Below, piece after piece: positions 29,493 through 39,446 of a stretch of 64,000 bases of DNA; positions within the stretch are counted from its first letter, which is position 1; each line of letters starts with the position of its first letter. Below the pieces are notes generated by a model that was not told the origin of the DNA, ran no database searches, and saw only the letters and a list, made by a program, of their open reading frames with translations. A program made the translations under genes and the position numbers. The DNA comes from a virus. The stretch covers positions 10,354-74,353 of IMG/VR virus record IMGVR_UViG_3300003154_000682; one strand, 5' to 3'.

Positions 29493-32300
29493 ATGGCTTA
29501 CGAAAATATACGATTAGTTCAATCTAATTTTTGTCTTGGTCCACAATCAGGTACCATATGCACTATAGATATGACTAATCCACAAACTGTCTTAAGGATA
29601 AAAGCCCTTGGTGGGTCCACTATTATAGACTTATCTCTATCCTCTAATATACTAAATAGTAATGTGAGATTGGAGTATGTCGGACCATCCAATCTATCAG
29701 AAGTTAGAGATGATTTAACCTTTTTTACATTTGAAAAAGTTAGTGATAGTATCTGTATGATTAAAAGGTGGACAACAAGGATAGCTTATAGGGAATTACT
29801 TTTAAAAGAAGAGGTAATCAAGTTTACCAGTGGTAATGAGCGGTATAATGCAATAGATTTTGCAGTAGAATATTATCATAGAAAATTTACCAGACCAAAC
29901 GAATACTATAATTATCTGGATATGGATAGTGTTGAGAATATAAAAACAGGTACAAGATTGTTTATAGGACCAAGTACTGACACAACCAATTTAGGAGCTA
30001 CAGAAGCAGCAACTGTTAGCCATATAATAAACTATATAAATGGGAAACGAGTTTATTTGACAGCTCCTTTGCAATATCAGTATACCATAGATGATATGAT
30101 AACCCTTTATAGTTATGTGTATGTATATAGCTCTGAAGGTTACGCCAATGACAATACCAAAGGCACTTTATTTAAACTTGACGCTTACACGTGGAATACT
30201 GTTGAGATAGATACAAAAGCTATTTATAAAAGAGTTACAGGTTCTAGATGGTGCCCAATGGCTGGAAGCATTGCTAGCATTATAGGACCCAATCTGTTAT
30301 TTGTTAAACCTTATGATTCCTATCTTAACTGGCAATCTTTATTTATGAACAATGTAGAAGCAAATGGTAATGATATATTCCAAGTATATGATGTTATATT
30401 CGATAATTACAGTATTTACAAACTTCAAAAAAAGATTACTCTAAAAGATGATACAGGTAAGAAGACCACATATACTTGGGATAACTATAATATACAAGCA
30501 GATTCTTTATTACCATATAGTTGTAGTGTTACCACTTGGTTAAATCAATCTATAATTGCAGGTTATAATAAAAATGTTGATATAAATGTACAAGTTAGAG
30601 ATCAATTTAACATTGGGCTTAGAGATGTGTATGTTAATTTTTATAAGCAAGGTGACCAAGACGCTTTATTCTATCCTTTAAGTGGTGCAGTAACTACAGA
30701 TATAAATGGTAAAGCAGTTATGAATTATAGATCCGGTGTCACATATAATGGACACACTCTTATAACTACAAGAGCAACTGGTTCTTCTCTTTCTACTGGT
30801 AGTGGTTATACTTGGACATCAAATAATATAATAAGCTATCCCAATGCCAACCCTGTTGTTAAAATATTATTTGAACTACGATCTTTTAGTAGCGTTTTTG
30901 GTAACTTAAAACAATTGTGGCAACATTTTAGGCGTATATGGGTAAAAAATCCGTCTGAAATATATTGGGAACTTCCAAGGATAAGCGTATTTGGAAAATC
31001 TTTTTTCACATCTCCTGGCGGAGATTGGGGAGATACAACAAATCCTGATTATGGAAATCATTTTATTCCAGTTGCAAAGGTAGCACAATGGTTACCAATG
31101 TTATATCGTGGTACTGCTCAAACAGATTCTCCTTTGTACACGGATCCTGGCTATGGCTTCCAAATCTGGCCATGGAACGTCGATACAGTTGGACCTCATT
31201 TTATAGGAAATAGAATAACCCTTTTAAACGATTTTGATTCTGATAGTAATATAAAATGTTTAACGGATTTTATTATATATCGTACAGCTGGAATAACTGT
31301 TTTGAGTTTTCCACCATATGCTATTATTAAACAACCTGATGAAACTGGTCATCTCCAAATAAGTCAATTAAAACTTAGCTTGCACACACATTGGGTAGAT
31401 GGCATAGCTTATGATGAACTTTTTACACGAGTGAAATTGAATCAATTCGTTTTTGTTGAAGATGCCATACCTAAATTTTGGAGTGAAAAAAATCCAATAG
31501 ACACAAATATATGGATTCGTCTAAGACCTTTTGCTTTCAGTTTGAATAATAGTACTTTACGTATGTGGGTGAGGGAAGACTCTTACGATGGAGATACAGG
31601 TTACTATGAGGTAACACATAGTTTAACACTCACAAATTTTGATGCAGGTGGAAGCATGCTAGGTATAGAGGTTCTTTATAATCCACCACAAGACTTTTTA
31701 TATGGTTCACTAATATTTGTAAGAATAGAGGTATATGATAGAGCATATATTCCTAACTTTATTTATACAGAATATTGGTTTAAGGTAACTCCAGACTATA
31801 AGGCTCCATATTTATTTAATCTCTCTCCAGATAGAGAGGATACTGAAGTTGCAGTCGATATTTCCATTCACTTTGAGATAATGGATGTTGGTACCGGTAT
31901 AGATATCAATTCTTTAGAATGTTTATTAAATTCTGTAAGGATGGATAATAATTATTTAAATATTGAAGTCGTATCAAAATATCATATAAAAGTGACTTAT
32001 ACTCCAGCCGAGGATTTATTTTTTAGTAAAGATTACAAAGTATCTGTTAAGGTACAAGATACATCTCCAAATGCTAATAGAATGAATGATTCTTATACTT
32101 TTTATACTGCTGATAGTACTGGTGTTTTAATAATAGATCCTAATCCTGGAGTTTGTAAGGGAGGGATGAATAGATTCCAGAATGTGTCGGTTAAAGTATT
32201 GGCTGATGGAAATGGTGTGGATGTTGATTCAATACGTATGCAGGTGTTTAATAAGGATGTCCATCCACGAATTTTGCCTATAGTATATAGGATTGCATAG
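29493..32300 (+). CDS. Tail protein with several Ig-like domains (935 aa)
   Basis: Same MAYENIRL start as ORF 28227. Big_1-like VQVRDQFNIGL...TTDINGKAVMNY, then C-terminal Ig-like repeats. Confidence 0.8.
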   Translation: MAYENIRLVQSNFCLGPQSGTICTIDMTNPQTVLRIKALGGSTIIDLSLSSNILNSNVRLEYVGPSNLSEVRDDLTFFTFEKVSDSICMIKRWTTRIAYRELLLKEEVIKFTSGNERYNAIDFAVEYYHRKFTRPNEYYNYLDMDSVENIKTGTRLFIGPSTDTTNLGATEAATVSHIINYINGKRVYLTAPLQYQYTIDDMITLYSYVYVYSSEGYANDNTKGTLFKLDAYTWNTVEIDTKAIYKRVTGSRWCPMAGSIASIIGPNLLFVKPYDSYLNWQSLFMNNVEANGNDIFQVYDVIFDNYSIYKLQKKITLKDDTGKKTTYTWDNYNIQADSLLPYSCSVTTWLNQSIIAGYNKNVDINVQVRDQFNIGLRDVYVNFYKQGDQDALFYPLSGAVTTDINGKAVMNYRSGVTYNGHTLITTRATGSSLSTGSGYTWTSNNIISYPNANPVVKILFELRSFSSVFGNLKQLWQHFRRIWVKNPSEIYWELPRISVFGKSFFTSPGGDWGDTTNPDYGNHFIPVAKVAQWLPMLYRGTAQTDSPLYTDPGYGFQIWPWNVDTVGPHFIGNRITLLNDFDSDSNIKCLTDFIIYRTAGITVLSFPPYAIIKQPDETGHLQISQLKLSLHTHWVDGIAYDELFTRVKLNQFVFVEDAIPKFWSEKNPIDTNIWIRLRPFAFSLNNSTLRMWVREDSYDGDTGYYEVTHSLTLTNFDAGGSMLGIEVLYNPPQDFLYGSLIFVRIEVYDRAYIPNFIYTEYWFKVTPDYKAPYLFNLSPDREDTEVAVDISIHFEIMDVGTGIDINSLECLLNSVRMDNNYLNIEVVSKYHIKVTYTPAEDLFFSKDYKVSVKVQDTSPNANRMNDSYTFYTADSTGVLIIDPNPGVCKGGMNRFQNVSVKVLADGNGVDVDSIRMQVFNKDVHPRILPIVYRIA

Positions 32301-32309
32301 GAGGTAGTT

Positions 32310-32972
32310 ATGGCTGAACCCCAATTAATTTTTGCCTTTTCACATGACTCTGCGGGAGATACTCCTTGGGGTTTTGAGGGCGGCAATGAGGAGGATCCCA
32401 ATAAGAATGGATGGAAGCAGATAACCCCCGCTACTGATTTAATAGTATTTACGGGTGGTGGAATTCTGGGTACATTACCTGTGCCTACTGTGGCATCAGG
32501 AACTAGGGACGCTACCATCAGGCCGAGTGTTGCTCCCTATGTGATACCTCAAACATATGTGGAAAAAGAACAGATGTATATCTGTCAACATGTAGGACGT
32601 AATACTTATCGCTATGCTATGGGAGTCTATATTAAGGGGCATATGACTTCAGATCTCTATTTGGAAGCGTGGGACTCAAACGATTTTAGTACCACTAATT
32701 TAGAATTATTGACAGGCACCCCAAATAGCAATTACAACAGTTATATAAATGCCATAAGGACTACCTATGTGGAACCAGTATGGCATCCTTATTGGAACGG
32801 ATTGGACGATGGTGCGGCTTTCTTAAGAGGGACTACACATCGTATAGGTCTTAATAACAGTTCCACTATAACTGATTCTACGGTGTATTACAACATATAT
32901 ATCAAACTAGAAACAGATTGCTCCACGTTCCATGTTTTCCCTTGCTTGTCGTTCAGGTACCTTTACACGTAA
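32310..32972 (+). CDS. Putative tail structural protein (220 aa)
   Basis: RBS AGGAGG. Shares L-x-AWD-x4-STT-x2-EL-x2-G and a terminal YxYT with ORF 34120. Confidence 0.75.
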   Translation: MAEPQLIFAFSHDSAGDTPWGFEGGNEEDPNKNGWKQITPATDLIVFTGGGILGTLPVPTVASGTRDATIRPSVAPYVIPQTYVEKEQMYICQHVGRNTYRYAMGVYIKGHMTSDLYLEAWDSNDFSTTNLELLTGTPNSNYNSYINAIRTTYVEPVWHPYWNGLDDGAAFLRGTTHRIGLNNSSTITDSTVYYNIYIKLETDCSTFHVFPCLSFRYLYT

Positions 32973-32996
32973 TCTATTGATTTTATTGGAGATTTT

Positions 32997-33620
32997 ATGA
33001 AAATTTGTTGGGCCAATTTGGAAAAAATAAAATTTACTAAAAAGGGAACACTTAGGTCCCTTAACAATAAATATGGATATATTGAAAAGGAATCCTGTAA
33101 AATCTGTGAGGAGGCATATCTCGATAGGATAGATCAAAATAGTGACTATTGCTGTCATCCATGTAGTAGAATTGACAAGCCACGTCCATTAGAAATTAGA
33201 AATAAAATTTCTAAGTCTTTAATAGGAAAATTTGTTGGAAAAGCGAATTGTCTTTATGGAAAACATCACTCCAATGAAACCAAGATTAAGTGGTTAGAGA
33301 GTGGGAGACAAGTAGGAGAAAAGAATCATAATTGGAAAGGTGGTATTTCTATAGAACCCTATTGTGATATCTGGAAAGATAAAGAATATAAAGGCGACAT
33401 AAAGGAAAGAGATGGAAATAAATGTATAAATCCTTATTGTGTTGGTGGCACCGATATTTTAGTTCTTCATCACATAGATTACAACAAGAAAAATTGTGGG
33501 CCAAGAAACCTTATCACAGTTTGTAATTCTTGTAATTGTAAAGCAAATTATGACAGAGAATGGCATACCTCTTGGTATAGAGCACTTCTTTATAGAAGGT
33601 ATGGTTATGAATATAAATAA
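32997..33620 (+). mobile_element. Free-standing HNH homing endonuclease with NUMOD3-type DNA-binding repeats (207 aa)
   Basis: RPLEIRNKISKS and YGKHHSNETK (NUMOD3-like), GEKNHNWKGG, then IKERDGNKC..PYC...LVLHHIDYNKKNCGPRNLITVCNSCN (HNH). Confidence 0.9.
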
Positions 33621-33632
33621 AAGGAGAAGGAT

Positions 33633-34106
33633 ATGCAACAATTAAATACATCAGGACAAGAACTTCCAAATTTCAATAGATTAGACGCCATAGATGGAAC
33701 AATTTATGGCCGATATAATAAAGTGTCTTCTATCAATCCACATAAATGTAGATTTGTAGCCACTTATCCAGATGGTTCCATTAGACTAGGAAAAGATTTA
33801 TTTACTACAGGTTGGGATCAAATTCCTAATGGATTATCACAATTAAGATATGAACTTAGTACAGGACACGTTATTGAAATACCAAAATACAAAGCATTCA
33901 TGCCTACTATAGAAGTAAGTTTTGGGATGGATGGATCACGTATTTTTCATTTTATAAATGTAAATTGCTTAGCAGAAAAAGAAGTTATTATATACAAAAT
34001 AGTTTTAAGACAAGATAATATAGCTCCTCAAAAGATAGGAGACATTATAATGAGCAAGCAACCCCTTCCAAAGGATAAACATTCTTCCTGGAAGTATACT
34101 AGTTAG
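33633..34106 (+). CDS. Hypothetical protein (157 aa)
   Basis: RBS AAGGAG; weak similarity to ORF 39123. Confidence 0.7.
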   Translation: MQQLNTSGQELPNFNRLDAIDGTIYGRYNKVSSINPHKCRFVATYPDGSIRLGKDLFTTGWDQIPNGLSQLRYELSTGHVIEIPKYKAFMPTIEVSFGMDGSRIFHFINVNCLAEKEVIIYKIVLRQDNIAPQKIGDIIMSKQPLPKDKHSSWKYTS

Positions 34107-34119
34107 GAGGTAATATAAT

Positions 34120-35667
34120 ATGGCTGTTGTCATCACGTCACAATTTTATCAGGCGGCTGCATGGAAAAATATTTCTAAGGTTGTCTTTACTAGTCCTAAC
34201 ATAGACAGTCCTGCTGTGGCTGGCACAAGGTCCCATATTCTTCCTGGTGAAGGGGCTTTAGGAACATGGTATGAAGATACCTCGTCTATGTATCGTATAA
34301 AAGAATATCAAAGCACCACTGCGACTGATTATTATAATTTCAAATTTTCTACCACAACTGATCTTAATACATATTCTTTACCATCTACGGTTTCTGTTTC
34401 TGGAACATCAGATAGTTATGACGTATTTTATGATTATATGAAAGCCAGTGTTGGTTGTACTGCTACTGGATATAGAGCACTAAGTCCAGCTAATATTACG
34501 GAGTATAGAGTAAAATTAGAATATAGTTCATCTACTGCCGATAGTAACGATGATATGGCTTATCTTCCAAATATATTGGCTAGTGGTATTATTACCCCAG
34601 GCGTTGCTACTACAGCTATATATGAGACCATAACCACGTTTGCAGCTGGGGATACATATAATATAGCATGGGTGGCAAAGGTTATTACAGGTACAACAGA
34701 GTGTTACTTTGAAATAGACTTTGATAAACCTTATAAAGTAACTAAAATATTTATGAGGGGGCAATACGCTTATGATATCGCTCCGACTCCTACATATTTT
34801 CACAAACGATTTTTTGGAAACTATACTATACATGGTAGACTGAAGGTAACAGATAGTTGGACTCTTTTATATACAGGTGCGAATACAACAGATATAGAAG
34901 CTTCAGTATTTTTATCTAGTACCGCGGGTTTCTATAAATATTATAAAATAACGATATTAAATAATACAGGTTTAAGTGGGTTTACTACTACATACTATGC
35001 ATTATCTTCATTGCAGTTTTTTGTTTATAATTATAATAATACTCCAACTAGAAATAAAGCAGCTTATTTATTTGATACTAATGGTAATGCTTCAGCGTTA
35101 TATATTAGTGATGTATATACGTTAGGACTAAATAGCTATCAGTTGAATGTTGTTAGTAGTACACTTTCTTCTGGTACACTTTCTTCTGGTATACTTTTAA
35201 AGGGAACCGAATTTAGAAATTGGGGGTCTTTAAGTAGCAATGTTGATTTTACAGTGAATGATAGTATAGTATTTGAAGTAACTACTGGAGAAGCTTATAA
35301 TTGTAGGCTGACTGCTTGGGATGATGTAACTCATAGCACCACTATAAATGAATTAATTCAAGGGGATCATGTTAGATGTTCTGCCGTTGCTTATTGTAGC
35401 ACGGGTTCAAAATTGACTCCTACAGAAAGTTTTCCACCAGATCCAATAAATTATGTGTTTGGTCCTGTACATAATAGAATCTTAAAAGGAAATACAATAG
35501 ATTCTGGATATAATTATTTCTTTGGTGATTTTGATTTAGTATATAGATTTCAAAGTACTATATATGGTGATTTTTTAATTTTTAAACCTATGCTATATGG
35601 AATAGACACTAATATATCATATGGTGTTCATGATTATATTTTGACTCTCCATTATTCTTACACATAG
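34120..35667 (+). CDS. Tail protein with discoidin (F5/8 type C)-like domain (515 aa)
   Basis: YFEIDFDKPYKVTKIFMRG...YTIHG...WTLLYTG...YKYYKITILNN. Confidence 0.75.
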   Translation: MAVVITSQFYQAAAWKNISKVVFTSPNIDSPAVAGTRSHILPGEGALGTWYEDTSSMYRIKEYQSTTATDYYNFKFSTTTDLNTYSLPSTVSVSGTSDSYDVFYDYMKASVGCTATGYRALSPANITEYRVKLEYSSSTADSNDDMAYLPNILASGIITPGVATTAIYETITTFAAGDTYNIAWVAKVITGTTECYFEIDFDKPYKVTKIFMRGQYAYDIAPTPTYFHKRFFGNYTIHGRLKVTDSWTLLYTGANTTDIEASVFLSSTAGFYKYYKITILNNTGLSGFTTTYYALSSLQFFVYNYNNTPTRNKAAYLFDTNGNASALYISDVYTLGLNSYQLNVVSSTLSSGTLSSGILLKGTEFRNWGSLSSNVDFTVNDSIVFEVTTGEAYNCRLTAWDDVTHSTTINELIQGDHVRCSAVAYCSTGSKLTPTESFPPDPINYVFGPVHNRILKGNTIDSGYNYFFGDFDLVYRFQSTIYGDFLIFKPMLYGIDTNISYGVHDYILTLHYSYT

Positions 35668-35677
35668 GAGATAACTT

Positions 35678-37243
35678 GTGCCTGATAGTACTAACAATAC
35701 ATGGATTGATATTACTTTTATTGAATCATTGGCTGGAAATAAAGATACCAATGTTCAGCTAAAATTAGCTAGTGCCGATAATATTGGTAGTTATTCCATG
35801 CCTGTTGTCTATAAACAAGTAGAAGTTTCAACAGACGAGATAGACACTAATTTTAGTTACTTTCAAGAGCTAAATACTATAAGTGGTATTAAGAATATAG
35901 CAATTGGGTATAGAGCTTTTGAGCCTCCTAAAATAGATGGTGTGGTAACTTCTTTAGTAGAATTTAGTACAAATTATACTATTACTAGTGGTATTTTATA
36001 TAAACCGGTAGTATATACTACAGGTTACAATCAAGTATCAGGGACCTTAGATAAACGTATTGTTTTTACTGGTGGAAGAGAAATGTTGGAGTTTAAGACT
36101 GTTCGTGCCAATTCACAATACACAGCACGTAAAGATATTACAAAAGACTGGTGGGTTAATTACACAGACTTTAGTGGAAATTTGACAACCAGTGGTACCC
36201 CAATTCCATTTTATTACTCAGATTACAGTTTTATATCAGAGTATGGAGAAGATTTTGAGGATTTTTATAGAGGCTGGCGTGATAATATAGTAGATGTGAG
36301 TTTTGCTGGTTGGGTGGGTTTTCCAGTTTATGGAGATATATACTCAACTATAATGGGATTCAAACTTGGATATAGAACTGAAGTCACATCTATTAGTGGA
36401 AGTGTGGATGTGCACTATACGGATATTATTTCTGCAGATTTGGATATAAATAAAATAGATTTTGATATATATTGCACAGCAGTTGGAAACTATTATTTAA
36501 ACAGTGAAACAGAAACTATACCTGGCAGAGTAGGCTATATAGAGACTGATATATATTCTTCTATTGAAAAAGAAACAACGCTTACAATGGATATTGATCT
36601 TTTGTCTCTGAAGATCTCCAATTTTTCCTTAGACGTAGGTGAATGCACGACAGCTTCTGGTTTTATTTATGTTGATATTACAGATGATGAGTGCCCAATA
36701 TCGACATCTGGCACCTACTTTATGGTTGACGATATAAGAGTGCCGGTTACTTTTTATGGTATAGAGGATGGTTATCGTATGTTTTATGACCCTATCGATA
36801 ACTTTGCTTCTATAGAAGGCTCAACAGTTTTTACAGTACATGCTGAAAATGAATGTAACAAGACTCTTGAACAAGACTTTTATCTAACCTTCGGTTATAT
36901 AGTAGAGTACACTAATCGTCAGGAATTATTAGATAACATAGACTACGGTTTTCAACATAAAATAATCGCCAGGGTAACAGCAGAAAACTATGCTAGTTGC
37001 CCTCAAGTTAGCTCACTAGCCTGGGATTTTGAAAGTAAACCACAAGCTAATGTGGATCTTGGAGCAAGCATTGTAGGAAGATTTCATGCTTGGGAATATA
37101 ATGAAATGCCAGCCATAATTTATCCACATAGTGCTGCATACTTCTATGGTAAAGAATTTAAAGTGGTGGTTAGGGCTAAAGATTTTGCTGGCAACCAGAT
37201 GGAACCTCTAATTCTAAATTATAGGATAGAGGATAAACCTTAA
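35678..37243 (+). CDS. Putative tail protein with C-terminal Ig-like domains (521 aa, GTG start)
   Basis: RBS AGGAG; ends KVVVRAKDFAGNQMEPLILNYRI. Confidence 0.7.
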   Translation: MPDSTNNTWIDITFIESLAGNKDTNVQLKLASADNIGSYSMPVVYKQVEVSTDEIDTNFSYFQELNTISGIKNIAIGYRAFEPPKIDGVVTSLVEFSTNYTITSGILYKPVVYTTGYNQVSGTLDKRIVFTGGREMLEFKTVRANSQYTARKDITKDWWVNYTDFSGNLTTSGTPIPFYYSDYSFISEYGEDFEDFYRGWRDNIVDVSFAGWVGFPVYGDIYSTIMGFKLGYRTEVTSISGSVDVHYTDIISADLDINKIDFDIYCTAVGNYYLNSETETIPGRVGYIETDIYSSIEKETTLTMDIDLLSLKISNFSLDVGECTTASGFIYVDITDDECPISTSGTYFMVDDIRVPVTFYGIEDGYRMFYDPIDNFASIEGSTVFTVHAENECNKTLEQDFYLTFGYIVEYTNRQELLDNIDYGFQHKIIARVTAENYASCPQVSSLAWDFESKPQANVDLGASIVGRFHAWEYNEMPAIIYPHSAAYFYGKEFKVVVRAKDFAGNQMEPLILNYRIEDKP

Positions 37244-37260
37244 ACTAGGAGGAAATTTTT

Positions 37261-38829
37261 ATGAGTGCTGTGACAAGATGGGTAGAATATTCTATAGACG
37301 CATCTGGTACTGCTGGTACAGGTGGTGGTACTCAAGCAGGTGTTGGTGTCCGTGGTTACTCACTGGCTACTGGTGGTACCAATAAAGACAAGTTTAATAT
37401 AGGTGCTGGCAACAATAGGTTATATGTGAGTTTAGACGGGGATTCAGGCTATATTACTTTAGCAAGTGGTACTAATCTTGATCCTCGTTTTGTTGCCAGA
37501 GATATTACAGAAAAGTTACATAATTTAGGTAAAGGTACAGTTACATATAATCAATCACAGTGTGTATGGGAAAATGGGCAATTAAAGCTTTATACTGGTA
37601 CTCTAGGCTCTAGTGCTGGAGCAGCGGTGGTGAGCGGAACTAACACTGCCCATATCGAACTTGGTTGGGGTACTAAAACTGAAGTTGGTGGTACTAATAA
37701 TAACCCAGCTACAGGTACTTTAAACCAGTATAATGGTGGTATTACTGTTTCTGGAACGTATAATGGATTTTGTGACGAACAATACACTATTGTTATTACA
37801 AATGGGTGGTCCATTAATACCCCTGTTAAGGGTGGGTCCAATGCTTATACTGGTACTATTACTACTGGTGGTATTTTTAATAACGCTTCTGATATAACTT
37901 ATACTATCAATATTGACACAACAAATGGTACTACTATGGGTGGTGGTACCGGTAACGTGCCCAAGATATCCTGGACATCTACTGGTAATGCTGATAATAG
38001 TGGTGCTGCTGTTGAATTGCTTTATCCAGATTTCTTTTATGTGATAGGTACTAAAGGGCTCAGAGTTAAATTCACTGATGCTGTCTTTAGTCATTGTCCA
38101 GCTGGTACTCCTGCTTGGACAATAGCGTGTACCTATCCTATGTATACCCACGGAACTAATACTCAAGGTTCTGCTGGCAATGCCCAATATGTTTGGGGTA
38201 GTACTCGTGGTGATGACGCTGGTAACAATCCTATTACTACAAGTGAATCCTCATGGACTAGATTAGGAAGTCGTGGACTTTATATTAAATTTACTGGAAA
38301 TAATATGTTTTTAGCTGGAGATCAATTTAAAGTTGTTTGCACTCCTCCTCAGCCAAAATCATATGATATTACCAATCTAAATTATGGCAATGTTACTGTG
38401 TCAACCGAAGCCCCTGTTAAAGCCGTCATATTTGAAATTGTTTCTGGTGCCATTGAGATGAGTACAGTTAAATTTGGTCTTCAAAGCCATGGTACATTTT
38501 CACATCACAATATGAATAACTCAGATACATTTTTCAGATTTGGTACTGTGGGACCTGGGCAGAAAGCTGGTTCAGCTCCAGTAAGTGGTTTGGAATGGAG
38601 AGCTAACGTAGCTGCTGCAGATATCGCCAGCAATACTCCCCCTTCATACCTATATGCTACCAAACTTAATCTATCTGTTGTTGCTGATGCTGATGCAAGT
38701 CAGACTATTGGAGCTAGCGGTTTTATGGGTATGACTTCAGATCCTATTTTCTTGAATATTAAACTTGGAGCCAGCGAAGTTGGTGCCAATAGTACAATTA
38801 ATTATCGTATCTTTTTTGACTACAGCTAA
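37261..38829 (+). CDS. Gly/Thr-rich, probably abundant tail structural protein (522 aa)
   Basis: RBS AGGAGG; strong GGT/ACT/GCT codon preference; N-terminal domain shared with ORF 25682. Confidence 0.75.
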   Translation: MSAVTRWVEYSIDASGTAGTGGGTQAGVGVRGYSLATGGTNKDKFNIGAGNNRLYVSLDGDSGYITLASGTNLDPRFVARDITEKLHNLGKGTVTYNQSQCVWENGQLKLYTGTLGSSAGAAVVSGTNTAHIELGWGTKTEVGGTNNNPATGTLNQYNGGITVSGTYNGFCDEQYTIVITNGWSINTPVKGGSNAYTGTITTGGIFNNASDITYTINIDTTNGTTMGGGTGNVPKISWTSTGNADNSGAAVELLYPDFFYVIGTKGLRVKFTDAVFSHCPAGTPAWTIACTYPMYTHGTNTQGSAGNAQYVWGSTRGDDAGNNPITTSESSWTRLGSRGLYIKFTGNNMFLAGDQFKVVCTPPQPKSYDITNLNYGNVTVSTEAPVKAVIFEIVSGAIEMSTVKFGLQSHGTFSHHNMNNSDTFFRFGTVGPGQKAGSAPVSGLEWRANVAAADIASNTPPSYLYATKLNLSVVADADASQTIGASGFMGMTSDPIFLNIKLGASEVGANSTINYRIFFDYS

Positions 38830-38858
38830 TTGACAAAGCATCATCATATGTTTATAGT
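38830..38858 (+). promoter_or_regulatory. Sigma70-type promoter TTGACA-N17-TATAGT
   Basis: Perfect -35 (38830-38835), 17-bp spacer and 5/6 -10 (38853-38858). It sits in the longest intergenic gap of the window, upstream of RBS AAGGAGG (38902-38908). Confidence 0.7.
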
Positions 38859-38915
38859 ATAACATTTATAAGGTCAAGGTTTTAAAAAGAATATCAAGGA
38901 AAAGGAGGGCACAAT

Positions 38916-39122
38916 ATGCCATTATATGATATAATTTGTAGCTGTGGTTACGTAAAGGAAGTATTTCTTAAATTAAACGAACAAGAGCCGGTATGTGATA
39001 AATGCGGACTTCAGATGAAGAAGGCTATGTCCACACCGGCTTTTCATTTAAAAGGTACAGGTTGGGCTTCCGATAATTATAGCCTCAAACAATCTAATAA
39101 AAAGGGAGAGAAAAACAACTAA
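38916..39122 (+). CDS. FmdB-family zinc ribbon protein (68 aa)
   Basis: MPLYDIICSCG...CDKCG..MKKAMSTPAFHLKGTGWASDNY is the family pattern. Confidence 0.88.
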   Translation: MPLYDIICSCGYVKEVFLKLNEQEPVCDKCGLQMKKAMSTPAFHLKGTGWASDNYSLKQSNKKGEKNN

Positions 39123-39446
39123 ATGGACACTAATATGAATCATTTTCGCGGCTGGGAAGTAGAGCTGTCTAACGGCTGTGTAATTAATGAGAATCAAATG
39201 GAATGGACTGAAGTACCTAAACAGGATATTGTACGTTTAACTTTGCGTTATGACGGGAGAGAGTGGAATATTGATAATAAGAAAGAATACTATCAAAAGA
39301 AGCAAGCTTCTGTTATCCCAAGTATTCCAGAAAGTTTTCAAATAGAATCTCGTAGTATAGGTTATTATGAAGGGAATAGTAAAGTATTATATACTGTTGA
39401 CGAACATACTGGTAGAATGAAAATGGAAATTAAGGATATTATCTAA
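39123..39446 (+). CDS. Hypothetical protein (107 aa)
   Basis: Starts immediately after the previous stop; TAATG coupling to the next gene. Confidence 0.7.
   Translation: MDTNMNHFRGWEVELSNGCVINENQMEWTEVPKQDIVRLTLRYDGREWNIDNKKEYYQKKQASVIPSIPESFQIESRSIGYYEGNSKVLYTVDEHTGRMKMEIKDII

Noticed and set aside
32973-33632. Group I intron surrounding the HNH ORF
   Set aside because: The upstream gene ends with its family-typical YLYT terminus, the downstream gene has its own RBS, and the flanks (24 and 12 nt) are too short for intron core structure.
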